Assembly (NCBI GenBank): GCA_963663865.1
Contig: OY760686.1
Span: forward strand, 285,670 to 349,669
DNA from: Spirochaetota bacterium
GTDB taxonomy: Bacteria > Spirochaetota > UBA4802 > UBA5550
Reading direction: 5' to 3'
Length of the DNA: 64,000 nucleotides
The notes under the pieces are model-generated. The model was not told where the DNA came from and did no database searches. It saw nothing but the letters and a program-made list of their open reading frames with translations. The position numbers and the translations under genes are program-made. Shown in pieces: positions 49,561 to 58,872 of the stretch (the first letter of the stretch is position 1; each line of letters begins with the position of its first letter).

Positions 49561-49926
49561 TTAAAACCCATCCAACTTCATAATAACTGACAACGCTTTT
49601 TGCAGGTTGTCAATATCCTTTACTAACAAATCATATGCGTCTTTTACTTCGTTTTCAGATGCAGCTGCGGAAGCTTTTTCCAGCATCAATGCCGAGTTGT
49701 ACGCGGATTCACATGAAAAGTTTGAAATTGAGCCCTTTAATGTATGTGCTGTTTTTCGAAGCATTGGGAAATCAGAGTTATCAATGTTTGTTTTTATCAA
49801 CTTCATAAGCCTTGCGGAGTCCTCAATAAACAACTCGGCAAGTTCACGAAAAAGATCAAAATCATAATCAAGGCGTGAAGCAATGTCTTTCATGTCAATA
49901 ATTCTTGAAGCCTCTGCTCTATCCAT
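49561..49926 (-). CDS. Hpt (histidine phosphotransfer) domain protein
   Basis: LRKTAHTLKGSISNF with phospho-accepting His. Confidence 0.7.
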   Translation of the reverse strand: MDRAEASRIIDMKDIASRLDYDFDLFRELAELFIEDSARLMKLIKTNIDNSDFPMLRKTAHTLKGSISNFSCESAYNSALMLEKASAAASENEVKDAYDLLVKDIDNLQKALSVIMKLDGF

Positions 49927-49938
49927 TCCTCTGCTCCT

Positions 49939-51087
49939 TTAAAACTCTATTGATAAAAAAGCTATGTCATCATCTCTTTCGTCTATTGCGGTAAATGATT
50001 TTACATCATTAAGTATTGCTTCATTAAATGACTTCGCTGACAGAGCATGGTTCTTTTTTATTGATGCTGCAAGACGGCCAACTCCATACTCTTCCTTATC
50101 TCTGCCCTTTAGTTCCGTCACGCCGTCCGTGTATAACAGTAGTCTATCTCCCTCTGCTACAGCTATTGATTTCTGCTCATATTCGACATCATCTGCTATT
50201 CCAACAAACAGTCCGTATGCGTCCAGAGCCAGCACATTGCCGCTGGCTTTTCGGTAATATAGGGCCTTTGTATGTCCGGCATTAGAAAAAGTAATTCTCC
50301 CGGTCTCCTTATTATATATAACGTAAAAAGCCGTGATATACTGTCCGCCAATTAGAAATTTCAGCATTTCATTATTAATTACTGAAAAGAATTCACTCGT
50401 CTGCGTGTACCGTGGGGCATAAAGACTGAAGAGCATTTTCGACATTGACATTATTAATGCAGCTGGAATCCCGTGCCCGGTAACATCGGCTATCAGAAAT
50501 CCTGTTGTATAACTGTTAATTTCATAACAGTCATAATAATCTCCGCCAATATCCTCAATAGGAAGATAGGTGCCTGTAATATGAGGATATGTAACTCCAG
50601 GAAAGTCAACAGGGACTATAAACTTTTGTATCTGCTTGGCTATGTCGAGTTCGAACTCAATAAGTTTATTTTTTTCATAAAGTTCATCATGAAGATATTT
50701 AAGCCTCAAAAGAGATTGAACCCTTGCGACAAGCTCCTTTTCATTGAGAGGTTTGAGAAGATAATCATCTGCTCCTATTTGGAGCCCCTTAATCTTGGAG
50801 TTTAAATCATCGCTTCCGGTCATAAGTATAACTGGAATAAATCTCTCAGCGGAAATTTTTTTAAATCTTTGAAGAAATCCAAAACCGTCCAGCCTCGGCA
50901 TTATAATATCGAGCAGAACAAGATCGAATTGTTTTTTTGATAAAAGCTCAAGGGCCTCAATTCCATCCCCGGCTTCATCAACGCTTAGATTAAGTTGAGC
51001 GAGAGTTTTTATAACCATTGCTCTGTTCAACTTGCTGTCATCAACGACAAGAACGTTCCAGTCGGAATTCAGGTAGCTTAAATCCAT
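49939..51087 (-). CDS. response-regulator receiver fused to PP2C/SpoIIE-family serine phosphatase (RsbU-like)
   Basis: REC: VLVVDDSKLNR...LVLLDIIMP; PP2C blocks GDYYDCY, DVTGHGIPAA, LLLYTDGVTE. Confidence 0.85.
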   Translation of the reverse strand: MDLSYLNSDWNVLVVDDSKLNRAMVIKTLAQLNLSVDEAGDGIEALELLSKKQFDLVLLDIIMPRLDGFGFLQRFKKISAERFIPVILMTGSDDLNSKIKGLQIGADDYLLKPLNEKELVARVQSLLRLKYLHDELYEKNKLIEFELDIAKQIQKFIVPVDFPGVTYPHITGTYLPIEDIGGDYYDCYEINSYTTGFLIADVTGHGIPAALIMSMSKMLFSLYAPRYTQTSEFFSVINNEMLKFLIGGQYITAFYVIYNKETGRITFSNAGHTKALYYRKASGNVLALDAYGLFVGIADDVEYEQKSIAVAEGDRLLLYTDGVTELKGRDKEEYGVGRLAASIKKNHALSAKSFNEAILNDVKSFTAIDERDDDIAFLSIEF

Positions 51088-51303
51088 AATATCATCCGTT
51101 ATTGGTTTAAAATTACTCTTATGCTTTTCTCTCGTCTCTTGTAAAACAGTGAATGGTTATTGTTAATATCGGCATTTGACTATTTCTACAATAGTATCTA
51201 CGGCGTAATAAAGCAACAATTATAGTCAGGCAGTTTTACGCGTTATAAGGGTATAATATCGAGGTTGGTTTTATTTCCGCTTTTTGGGAATTGGTGTGTA
51301 GTA

Positions 51304-52881
51304 CTATTTATTACGGTAATCCATAAAGTTAATATTAAGTTTCTTAATTTTGTAATTGAGTATTCTCTTGGTTGTTCCCAGTCTCTGTGCGGCTTTTGTA
51401 ATATTACCGGAAGTAATTTTAAGATTATCAATTATGATATCCTTAATATACTGGTTTTCTATCTCATCAAGGGTCATGTTCCTCTGACTCACAGACTCAG
51501 CAATCTGCAGGGATGGAGGCAGATGAGTACTTCGTATAACATTCTCCTCGTTTATAATAACAGCCCTCTGAATGCAGTTTTCAAGCTCCCGAACATTGCC
51601 GGGCCAGTGATAGCTTACAAGCATATTTATGGCCTCCGAGCTAATTCTGTTAATCCGTTTTTTAAGTTCTGCACTGTACTTTTCGAGAAAGTAATCAGCC
51701 AAAAGCATTATATCAGCTTTTCGTTCACGAAGAGGAGGAGAATAGATTTGAAACACGTTCAGCCTGTAGTAAAGATCAAGCCTGAAATTTCCTTCTTCAA
51801 CTTTCTTTTCAAGATTCTGGTGAGTTGCGGCAATTATTCTAACATCAAGCGGTATTGTCTTTGTTCCGCCAATTCTCTCTATGCTTTTTTCCTGAAGGAC
51901 TCTAAGAAGCTTAACCTGCCCCTGCAGATTCAAGTCACCTATTTCATCCAGAAATATTGTTCCGCCATTAGCAAGTTCGAACCTCCCCTTCTTCTGTGAA
52001 TGTGCGCCGGTAAAGGCCCCTTTTTCATGTCCGAAGAGTTCACTTTCAATCAAGTTATCCGGAAGAGCGGCAATATTAACCTTAACATAGGGCATACCCT
52101 TTCTGTCGCTGTTCTCATAGACTTCATCAGCGATTATCTCCTTACCTGTTCCGCTTTCGCCGTTAATTAGAACTGTCGATTTTGTCGGTGCGACTAAAAG
52201 AATTTTCTCATATATATCTCTCATAAGCTGGGAATTTCCGATAAGCTTTCCGGATGATTTCGACCTGTTAAGCTTTATCTTTAAAAGCCTGTTCTCTTCC
52301 TTAAGCTCCTCTTCCCTCATTAATGCATGTCTTCTTTCGTCAACGGCCGTAGCAATCATGATGGCTACCGTTGATAGAATATTTAATTCCTCAAGAAAAC
52401 TCTCAGAATACTGTTTTTCCTTGTCTATAGATATTGTTCCAATAACACTTCCCTTTGTTTCAATTGGTACGCAAATAAAGACACAGTTGCCCTGTCCTCT
52501 GCCCTTTCTTGCACCGGTTTTATTCAAAAACAACGGCTCATTGTCTATCGAAGGTACCACTATGGGTTTACCAGTCTTAAACACTGTACCAATAACGCCC
52601 TCTCCTGGCTTATACATTCCCTTTTTTACTTCTTCACTTGTGTAGCCATATGAGGAATCAATATATATTCTTTCCTGCTGTTCGTTATAAACATTAATGG
52701 CTCCCCTTATTACTGAAAGCCTTTTCGCAAGCTGCTCCATAACCTGGTTAAGCATTGAGACAAGATCTTCTCCGGCAGAAAAAATTCTGCCAATCTTGTA
52801 TATCAGATCAGTAGATTCAATTTCCTTCTGAATTCGTTCGTAGAGTTCTTCGTTTAAGCTTTCTAAAACAGTGCCGCTCAT
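51304..52881 (-). CDS. sigma-54-dependent transcriptional activator with N-terminal GAF domain (NifA-like architecture)
   Basis: GAF region; AAA+ GESGTGKE; GAFTGA motif in [10 protein letters not shown]; C-terminal Fis-type HTH. Confidence 0.9.
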   Translation of the reverse strand: MSGTVLESLNEELYERIQKEIESTDLIYKIGRIFSAGEDLVSMLNQVMEQLAKRLSVIRGAINVYNEQQERIYIDSSYGYTSEEVKKGMYKPGEGVIGTVFKTGKPIVVPSIDNEPLFLNKTGARKGRGQGNCVFICVPIETKGSVIGTISIDKEKQYSESFLEELNILSTVAIMIATAVDERRHALMREEELKEENRLLKIKLNRSKSSGKLIGNSQLMRDIYEKILLVAPTKSTVLINGESGTGKEIIADEVYENSDRKGMPYVKVNIAALPDNLIESELFGHEKGAFTGAHSQKKGRFELANGGTIFLDEIGDLNLQGQVKLLRVLQEKSIERIGGTKTIPLDVRIIAATHQNLEKKVEEGNFRLDLYYRLNVFQIYSPPLRERKADIMLLADYFLEKYSAELKKRINRISSEAINMLVSYHWPGNVRELENCIQRAVIINEENVIRSTHLPPSLQIAESVSQRNMTLDEIENQYIKDIIIDNLKITSGNITKAAQRLGTTKRILNYKIKKLNINFMDYRNK

Positions 52882-53082
52882 ATTATCCCGCCGAATTTAT
52901 AATACTTATTTATTTGCTAAGACTGTAATAGTCTTCTGCTTTATATTAAAGTAAACAGTGCCTGTTAAGTATAACGGTATTATGGTTGAGATGTCAGAAA
53001 AGGGGTATAAAATTATTGCTATGCCGGATATTTAAGATGATATTTTACATAATTGTAACTAAAAAGGCTCTATCCACCCTCC

Positions 53083-53118
53083 AAAAAACAGAAACAGGGC
53101 GTCAAACAGCCCTGTTTC
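53083..53118 (-). terminator. rho-independent terminator after outer-membrane-protein gene
   Basis: minus-strand hairpin stem gaaacagggc/gccctgtttc (10 bp), 8-nt loop, followed by UGUUUUUU. Confidence 0.5.
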
Positions 53119-53138
53119 ATGCTTGAGGCTTTATGAGA

Positions 53139-53933
53139 CTATATCGAACAGGATACACCGAATGTGGCATAGAACCTGTTGATATCCTTTTTATCGTTCA
53201 GATCATAATAGTAATCCTTCGACGGAACCACAACATAATGGAAACCGGCGCTGTAAGTAATGATCCCGCTGGTCACAGCAAAGTCTGCAGAAAAGTTTAT
53301 ATCGCTTATTCCAGCTGTATCGAATGCAGCGCTTTTGTAATAACCAGCCATAACACCAAGGTCAAGAGAGGCTGCATCCTTAACCAGTTCAAAGGAATGA
53401 CTTCCTCCGGCCTGAATGTAGAAGTCCTTGCCCTTATCAATGCCTTCACCAATATCTCCTGTGTAGTAATCATGGTTGTAAACTACTGTTGGAGACAGCG
53501 GAAGAGTATCGAAAGTTAAAGAAACCGTTCCGGTAGCAAAAGAATAATCATTTTCCCAAAGCATGTAGTACCACACGCTTGCTCCCAGAGTAACAGCATC
53601 AGCGAAGGTGTATGAATAATCTGCTCCAAAGTCAGTTGCCTGAAGGTCCTTAACGGAATCACCGACATTGACACCATCAAAAAGATAATCCTCTGAAAAC
53701 TCGCCGCTTACAGTTAGCGAAAGGCCGCTTCCCATTACATCGAAGGACGCACTTGGGAAAAAAGCTCCGTCATTCTGAAACCAGTAAGAACCTCTCCACA
53801 GGTAGTTGCTCATATAATCCACGCCTACCGTAATTCCCAGAGAATTATCCTCTTGTGCACTCGCTGAAACTGCTGTCATTGAGATTGAGGCTACAGCTAA
53901 AAGACTCATAAAATAAACTTTAACTTTTTTCAT
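53139..53933 (-). CDS. outer-membrane beta-barrel protein (porin-like), last gene of amt-glnB cluster
   Basis: signal peptide MKKVKVYFMSLLAVASISMTAVSASAQE; alternating amphipathic Tyr/Gly-rich strands; AAAGGAG SD. Confidence 0.6.
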   Translation of the reverse strand: MKKVKVYFMSLLAVASISMTAVSASAQEDNSLGITVGVDYMSNYLWRGSYWFQNDGAFFPSASFDVMGSGLSLTVSGEFSEDYLFDGVNVGDSVKDLQATDFGADYSYTFADAVTLGASVWYYMLWENDYSFATGTVSLTFDTLPLSPTVVYNHDYYTGDIGEGIDKGKDFYIQAGGSHSFELVKDAASLDLGVMAGYYKSAAFDTAGISDINFSADFAVTSGIITYSAGFHYVVVPSKDYYYDLNDKKDINRFYATFGVSCSI

Positions 53934-53950
53934 TTTTTTCTCCTTTGTTT

Positions 53951-53977
53951 ACGGTAAGGGAGTAACTCCCTTACCGT
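53951..53977 (-). other. 12-bp perfect GC-rich hairpin with 3-nt loop between glnB stop and OMP start (RNA processing/stability or attenuator element)
   Basis: acggtaagggag-taa-ctcccttaccgt read directly; no U-tract follows on minus strand (AAACAAAGGAG then OMP ATG). Confidence 0.6.
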
Positions 53978-53984
53978 TGTATTT

Positions 53985-54326
53985 TTAACCTATAGCGATT
54001 TCGCCCTCTTCGCCTGTTCTTATCCTTATACATCTCGTCAGTTCAGTTATAAATATCTTACCATCACCAATATTGCCTGTTCTGGCACCTTTAATAATAG
54101 CATCGATAGTCTTCTGAACAAAATCTTCATTTACCGCTACTTCGATGCGAACTTTTTTTATCAGATTTACTTCAGTATCAACACCTCTGTAAGTCTCAAT
54201 ATATCCACCCTGCTGACCGCAGCCAAGAGAGTTTGTTACTGACATCTTTTTTATGTCCGCCCTGAATAAAGCCTCTTTAACATCAGTAAGCTTTTCCGGT
54301 TGTATATAAGCTGTAATAAGTTTCAT
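53985..54326 (-). CDS. glnB: nitrogen regulatory protein P-II (GlnK/GlnB)
   Basis: [20 protein letters not shown] and T-loop [11 protein letters not shown] with modifiable Tyr; directly downstream of amt. Confidence 0.9.
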   Translation of the reverse strand: MKLITAYIQPEKLTDVKEALFRADIKKMSVTNSLGCGQQGGYIETYRGVDTEVNLIKKVRIEVAVNEDFVQKTIDAIIKGARTGNIGDGKIFITELTRCIRIRTGEEGEIAIG

Positions 54327-54337
54327 TATGCACCTCC

Positions 54338-55681
54338 TTACTGAACATTAAATATCTGGAATGAAGAATAAGCTTCGCTTCCATGCTCTTCAACATCAAG
54401 GCCGCGTAATTCTTCTTCTCTGGATACTCTGAGTCCAACAGTCTTCTTAATCACCAGGAATACAATTCCCATTGTCAAAGTAGCCCACAGGAATACTGAA
54501 CCTACACCAAGAGCCTGTACTCCAAGAAGTCCGAATCCGCCGTCATTGATAAGCCCTTTTACTCCCTCGCCTGCAAATTTTGGATCAGCAAAAACTCCGA
54601 CAAGAATTGTTCCGACTGCGCCGCATACGCCATGAACTGAAATTGCACCAACCGGATCATCAATCTTTAATTTGAAATCGATGAACTCAACCGACAGTAC
54701 AACAATAACTCCCGATATTGCGCCAATTGCGATAGCGCTTAGCGGCGAAACAGAAGCGCATCCGGCTGTTATTCCAACAAGTCCCGCAAGAGCTCCATTA
54801 AGTGTCATTGACACATCCGGCTTACCGGATTTAATCCAAATAGTAATCATTGCCATCACAGCTCCTGCTGCTGCTGCAAGGCTGGTATTCATGGATATAA
54901 ATCCTATAGACAGGGATTCTCCAGATACCGTACTACCCGCGTTAAAGCCGAACCATCCAAACCAGAGTATAAAAACACCAAGCGCTGCAAGCGGCAAGTT
55001 GTGTCCTGGAATAGCCTTAGGTTTACCATCAGGTCCATATTTACCCGTTCTTGGACCGAGAACCAGAGCACCTACAAGGGCCGCCCATCCTCCAACCGAG
55101 TGAACAACAGTTGAACCGGCAAAATCCACAAACCCTTTCTCAGAAAGCCATCCGCCACCCCATATCCAGTGGCCGGATATCGGATACACTACGGCAGATA
55201 TCACAAGACTATACAGCAGATAGGAAACGAATTTTGTTCTTTCTGCCATAGCACCTGATACAATGGTTGCTGCTGTTGCAGCAAAGACTGCCTGAAAAAG
55301 CCAGTATGCGTACTGCCACAGGCCGTCCGGATTTCCGGGATCACCAGAAGATACCATAAAATTTGACCAGCCAAAGAGGCCGTTTACGGTATCTCCATAC
55401 ATCAAGGCGTAACCTATAACAAAGAAAACAAGTGATCCTACTGAAAAATCCATCACATTCTTCATTATGATATTACCCGCATTCTTCGCCCTGGTAAAAC
55501 CAACCTCAACCATTGCGAAACCGGCCTGCATAAAGAAAACAAGAAATGCCGCGACCAGTGTCCAAACTACATTGATTGCCTTCACCGACGAGGCTGTTTC
55601 AGACGCTGCTTCCTGCGCAAACAGAGGAGCAGCAATTGCGATCAGCAGTCCCGCGATGATAAATCTTTTAGACGTTCTCAT
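54338..55681 (-). CDS. amt: ammonium transporter Amt
   Basis: signal + 11 TM; Amt/MEP blocks ([26 protein letters not shown], twin-His region). Confidence 0.9.
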   Translation of the reverse strand: MRTSKRFIIAGLLIAIAAPLFAQEAASETASSVKAINVVWTLVAAFLVFFMQAGFAMVEVGFTRAKNAGNIIMKNVMDFSVGSLVFFVIGYALMYGDTVNGLFGWSNFMVSSGDPGNPDGLWQYAYWLFQAVFAATAATIVSGAMAERTKFVSYLLYSLVISAVVYPISGHWIWGGGWLSEKGFVDFAGSTVVHSVGGWAALVGALVLGPRTGKYGPDGKPKAIPGHNLPLAALGVFILWFGWFGFNAGSTVSGESLSIGFISMNTSLAAAAGAVMAMITIWIKSGKPDVSMTLNGALAGLVGITAGCASVSPLSAIAIGAISGVIVVLSVEFIDFKLKIDDPVGAISVHGVCGAVGTILVGVFADPKFAGEGVKGLINDGGFGLLGVQALGVGSVFLWATLTMGIVFLVIKKTVGLRVSREEELRGLDVEEHGSEAYSSFQIFNVQ

Positions 55682-55720
55682 AAAACCTCCTTAAAAAAGT
55701 TACTCTTTACCTGTAGTTAA

Positions 55721-55736
55721 AGCAGGTTCCGTGCCA
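55721..55736 (-). promoter_or_regulatory. sigma-54 (-24/-12) promoter for amt-glnB-OMP operon
   Basis: minus strand TGGCAC-GGAAC-CTGCT (consensus TGGCAC-N5-TTGCW; GG and GC correctly spaced); ~40 nt upstream of AAGGAGG SD and amt ATG. Confidence 0.5.
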
Positions 55737-55924
55737 GGTTTTATAAATATGTATTTAAATATTCTTTTTATTATTGTTCAGTGAAGGATATCCTGATTTT
55801 TGACACCTTTTAACATGCACGCAACATTAATAAGTTCAAAAAAGGAACATATAGATTCTAAAGAAGAAGTTGAAATTGAAGGAAAGATTAAAGCACCTAT
55901 AATTTGATACATTTATGTGTCATT

Positions 55925-55962
55925 TGCAATAATATAATACATATTTGTATTATATTATTGCA
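55925..55962. promoter_or_regulatory. 16-bp perfect inverted repeat with 6-bp spacer (tgcaataatataatac-atattt-gtattatattattgca); candidate enhancer/UAS for the sigma-54 amt promoter
   Basis: sequence read directly; ~230 bp upstream of predicted amt TSS; contains TGC-N10-ACA resembling NifA-type TGT-N10-ACA sites. Confidence 0.35.
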
Positions 55963-56023
55963 GAGAATAATCTGACTCTTTATACTACGCATTGTGCTAA
56001 ATTTAAAGTTGTTTTTGATGGTT

Positions 56024-56061
56024 CAATAATAAAATAACCCCCTTTTTTTGAAGGAGGTTAT
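56024..56061 (-). terminator. rho-independent terminator ending the gyrB-gyrA(-small ORF) transcription unit
   Basis: minus-strand hairpin ATAACCTCCTT-caaaaa-AAGGGGGTTAT (11 bp, one mismatch) followed by UUUAUUAUUG. Confidence 0.5.
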
Positions 56062-56099
56062 AATAAAATCATTTAGGACGCTTTTTTGTTACATTTTTG

Positions 56100-56282
56100 T
56101 CATTCTTCAATTCTGTGATCATCCGGCAACTTGTTAACAGTGGATTTCATTGCGAAAACAATGCCAAAGAATATTGACGCTATATATAATACCGCGCCAT
56201 ACAACAGGTTGATATCAATAAAGAAAAAATATATACATCCGCCCAGAGAAAGAACTGAAAAAAGAAGAAGCAGTTTATCCAT
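56100..56282 (-). CDS. candidate 60-aa two-TM small membrane protein downstream of gyrA
   Basis: ATG at 56282 preceded by GAGGTG 5 nt upstream; MDKLLLLFSVLSLGGCIYFFFIDINLLYGAVLYIASIFFGIVFAM...; no homology recognised. Confidence 0.3.
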   Translation of the reverse strand: MDKLLLLFSVLSLGGCIYFFFIDINLLYGAVLYIASIFFGIVFAMKSTVNKLPDDHRIEE

Positions 56283-56331
56283 TTCACACCTCAATATTTC
56301 GGTCCGTTGAAATGAAACAACGGACAAATTC

Positions 56332-58788
56332 TCAATCAGATATTACAGCAAAATCCGATACTGAATCATCATCACCAATTCCAAGAAGCTTAATGCCGGC
56401 AGCAGTTCTTCCCTGAGTGGAAATATCGCTGCTAAGAAGCCTTATAGTCATTCCGCTTTTTGAAATAATAATTATCTCATCATCAGGAAAAACAGAGCGT
56501 ATACCGGCTGATAGACCATGCTTTTCAGTTTTTACATATGTCATTCCTTTTCCGCCGCGGCCCTTATTGATAAAGTTATCGTATTTTACCTTCTTTCCAT
56601 ATCCGTTATCGGTAATTACGAAAAGTTCAGAATTCTCCTTCACTACATCCATTCCGATTATACAATCACCTTCTTCTAATCGCATACCGATAATTCCGGC
56701 AGCGGAGCGTCCCATTGAGCGCATCTTCAGTAGATTTGTTCTGAGTATAAGCCCATGCCTGGAGGCAATAACTATATCATCTCCCTTCGATACGACCTTA
56801 ACATCTACAAGCTCATCATCTTTCTTGAGGCTTATGGCTATTATTCCGCCTTTTCTTGTGTTGACAAACTCTGTTACATCTGTTTTCTTTAGAATACCGT
56901 TTTTAGTTACCATACAAAGATATACGTCCGTCGATGAATCATCAATTGAACATATCTCAGTTATCACTTCTCCTGATGCAAGGTTGATTATTCCTTTCAT
57001 CGACTTTCCCCGGCTGGTTTTTGACGCAACCGGTACCTCGTACGCTTTCATGGCAAAAATCTTTCCTTTATTTGAAAAGAAAAATAGAGTATCGTGAGTA
57101 GAGGCAATTGTCATCATTCTGACAAAATCTTCCTTCTTGTTGCTTGCACCAATAACACCTTTTCCGCCTCTCCTCTGTTTTTTATATGTGTCAATAGGCA
57201 TTCGGCGAATGAATCCGTCATTGGTCAGGGATATTACCATATCCTCATCTGCTATTAAGTCCTCGGCGTTAAACTCAGTCGAGTCGTTGCCGCCTTCCTG
57301 TATCTGAGTTCTTCTCGAATCGTTGAATTTTTCCTTAACATCGATAAGCTCTTTTTTAATTATGTTAAGAATTTTGGTTTCGCTTTTAAGAATAGATTTA
57401 TATTCCTCTATGAGCTTCAAAAGCAACTTCAGTTCATCAACAATCTTTTTTACTTCAAGGCTCGTCAGTCTCTGAAGCCTCATCTCAAGTATTGCCTTGG
57501 CCTGAATCTCAGATAAACTGAAAGTTTTTATAAGAGTTTTAGATGCCTCGTCAGGAGTTTTCGAAGATTTTATTATTCTTATTACTTCATCAATATTATC
57601 GAGGGCGATCTTTAGCCCTTCTAAAATATGAGCCCTTTCCTCGGCTTTCTTAAGCTCATACTGTGTTCTTCTATATACTACTTCGCGCCTGTGTAATATA
57701 TAGTGATTGAGTATTGATTTAATGTCGAGTATCTTCGGAACTCCGTCTACTATAGACAGCATTATGATTCCGTAAGATGTCTGAAGCGATGTGTTTTTAT
57801 AAAGCTGGTTTATAATGATACTACTGTTGGCATCCTTTTTAAGACCAATATAAATTCTCATGCCCGTACGGTCAGACTCGTCTCTTAGCTCTGAAATTCC
57901 ATCTATTACCTTGTTATTTACGAGTTCTGCGATTCTCTGAACAAGAGTGGCTTTATTAACCTGATATGGAATTTCAGTAATTATAATACACTCACGCCCC
58001 CGCTTGGTCTCTTCAATTGTGAGGTTACCTCGGACCTTAATGCTTCCTCTTCCGGTCGTGTAGGCCTTTATAATCCCCTCAGAACCCATTATTGTAGCTC
58101 CGGTTGGGAAATCAGGGCCCTTAATATGCCGCATAAGCTGCTTAACAGTTATTTCCGGATTATCAATTAAAGCTATCGTTCCGTCGACTATCTCTCCCAG
58201 ATTATGCGGCGGTATCTTTGTCGCCATGCCAACTGCAATACCGTCCGAGCCGTTTACCAGAAGATTTGGATACGCGGCCGGAAGAACTACAGGCTCCTTC
58301 CGCGTATCATCAAAGTTAGGCGTAAAGTTAACAGTTTCCTTGTCAATATCCCTTAATAATTCCTCAGCAAACTTATTAAGCCTTGCCTCTGTATATCGGT
58401 AAGCAGCTGCGGGGTCACCGTCAACAGAGCCAAAGTTTCCCTGGCCGTCTATGATTGGCATTCTCATTGAGAAATCCTGAGCCATCCTTACCATCGTATC
58501 ATAAACAGCAGTATCTCCGTGCGGGTGGAAATTACCAATAACCTCACCAACAATCTTCGCTGACTTAACAAAGGGCCTGTCGCTTCTCCATGCCCTCTCA
58601 TTCATCGCATGAAGGATTCTTCTGTGAACTGGCTTCAAACCGTCTCTAATATCTGGAAGAGCTCTTCCTATGATTACGCTCATTGCGTAATCGAGATATG
58701 CTCCTCTCATCTGGTCTTCTATTTCAACATCGAGGACCTTTTCAAACAGGTCGCCTGATTCGTTTCCATCATTTGTTTTCTTTGGCAC
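56332..58788 (-). CDS. gyrA: DNA gyrase subunit A
   Basis: active-site/QRDR region AAYRYTEARL; C-terminal beta-pinwheel repeats; 818 aa. Confidence 0.95.
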   Translation of the reverse strand: MPKKTNDGNESGDLFEKVLDVEIEDQMRGAYLDYAMSVIIGRALPDIRDGLKPVHRRILHAMNERAWRSDRPFVKSAKIVGEVIGNFHPHGDTAVYDTMVRMAQDFSMRMPIIDGQGNFGSVDGDPAAAYRYTEARLNKFAEELLRDIDKETVNFTPNFDDTRKEPVVLPAAYPNLLVNGSDGIAVGMATKIPPHNLGEIVDGTIALIDNPEITVKQLMRHIKGPDFPTGATIMGSEGIIKAYTTGRGSIKVRGNLTIEETKRGRECIIITEIPYQVNKATLVQRIAELVNNKVIDGISELRDESDRTGMRIYIGLKKDANSSIIINQLYKNTSLQTSYGIIMLSIVDGVPKILDIKSILNHYILHRREVVYRRTQYELKKAEERAHILEGLKIALDNIDEVIRIIKSSKTPDEASKTLIKTFSLSEIQAKAILEMRLQRLTSLEVKKIVDELKLLLKLIEEYKSILKSETKILNIIKKELIDVKEKFNDSRRTQIQEGGNDSTEFNAEDLIADEDMVISLTNDGFIRRMPIDTYKKQRRGGKGVIGASNKKEDFVRMMTIASTHDTLFFFSNKGKIFAMKAYEVPVASKTSRGKSMKGIINLASGEVITEICSIDDSSTDVYLCMVTKNGILKKTDVTEFVNTRKGGIIAISLKKDDELVDVKVVSKGDDIVIASRHGLILRTNLLKMRSMGRSAAGIIGMRLEEGDCIIGMDVVKENSELFVITDNGYGKKVKYDNFINKGRGGKGMTYVKTEKHGLSAGIRSVFPDDEIIIISKSGMTIRLLSSDISTQGRTAAGIKLLGIGDDDSVSDFAVISD

Positions 58789-58872
58789 TTTTTTACTCCG
58801 TATGATCCTAATCTTAAATTGTTAATTTAATTTTTGCACATAAGCTACATACATATTATAAATCATTCAGAA

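Noticed and set aside
51265-51999. 244-aa plus-strand ORF overlapping the sigma-54 activator gene
   Set aside because: Entirely antisense to a well-supported AAA+ activator (GAFTGA etc.). Product is low-complexity with no motifs.
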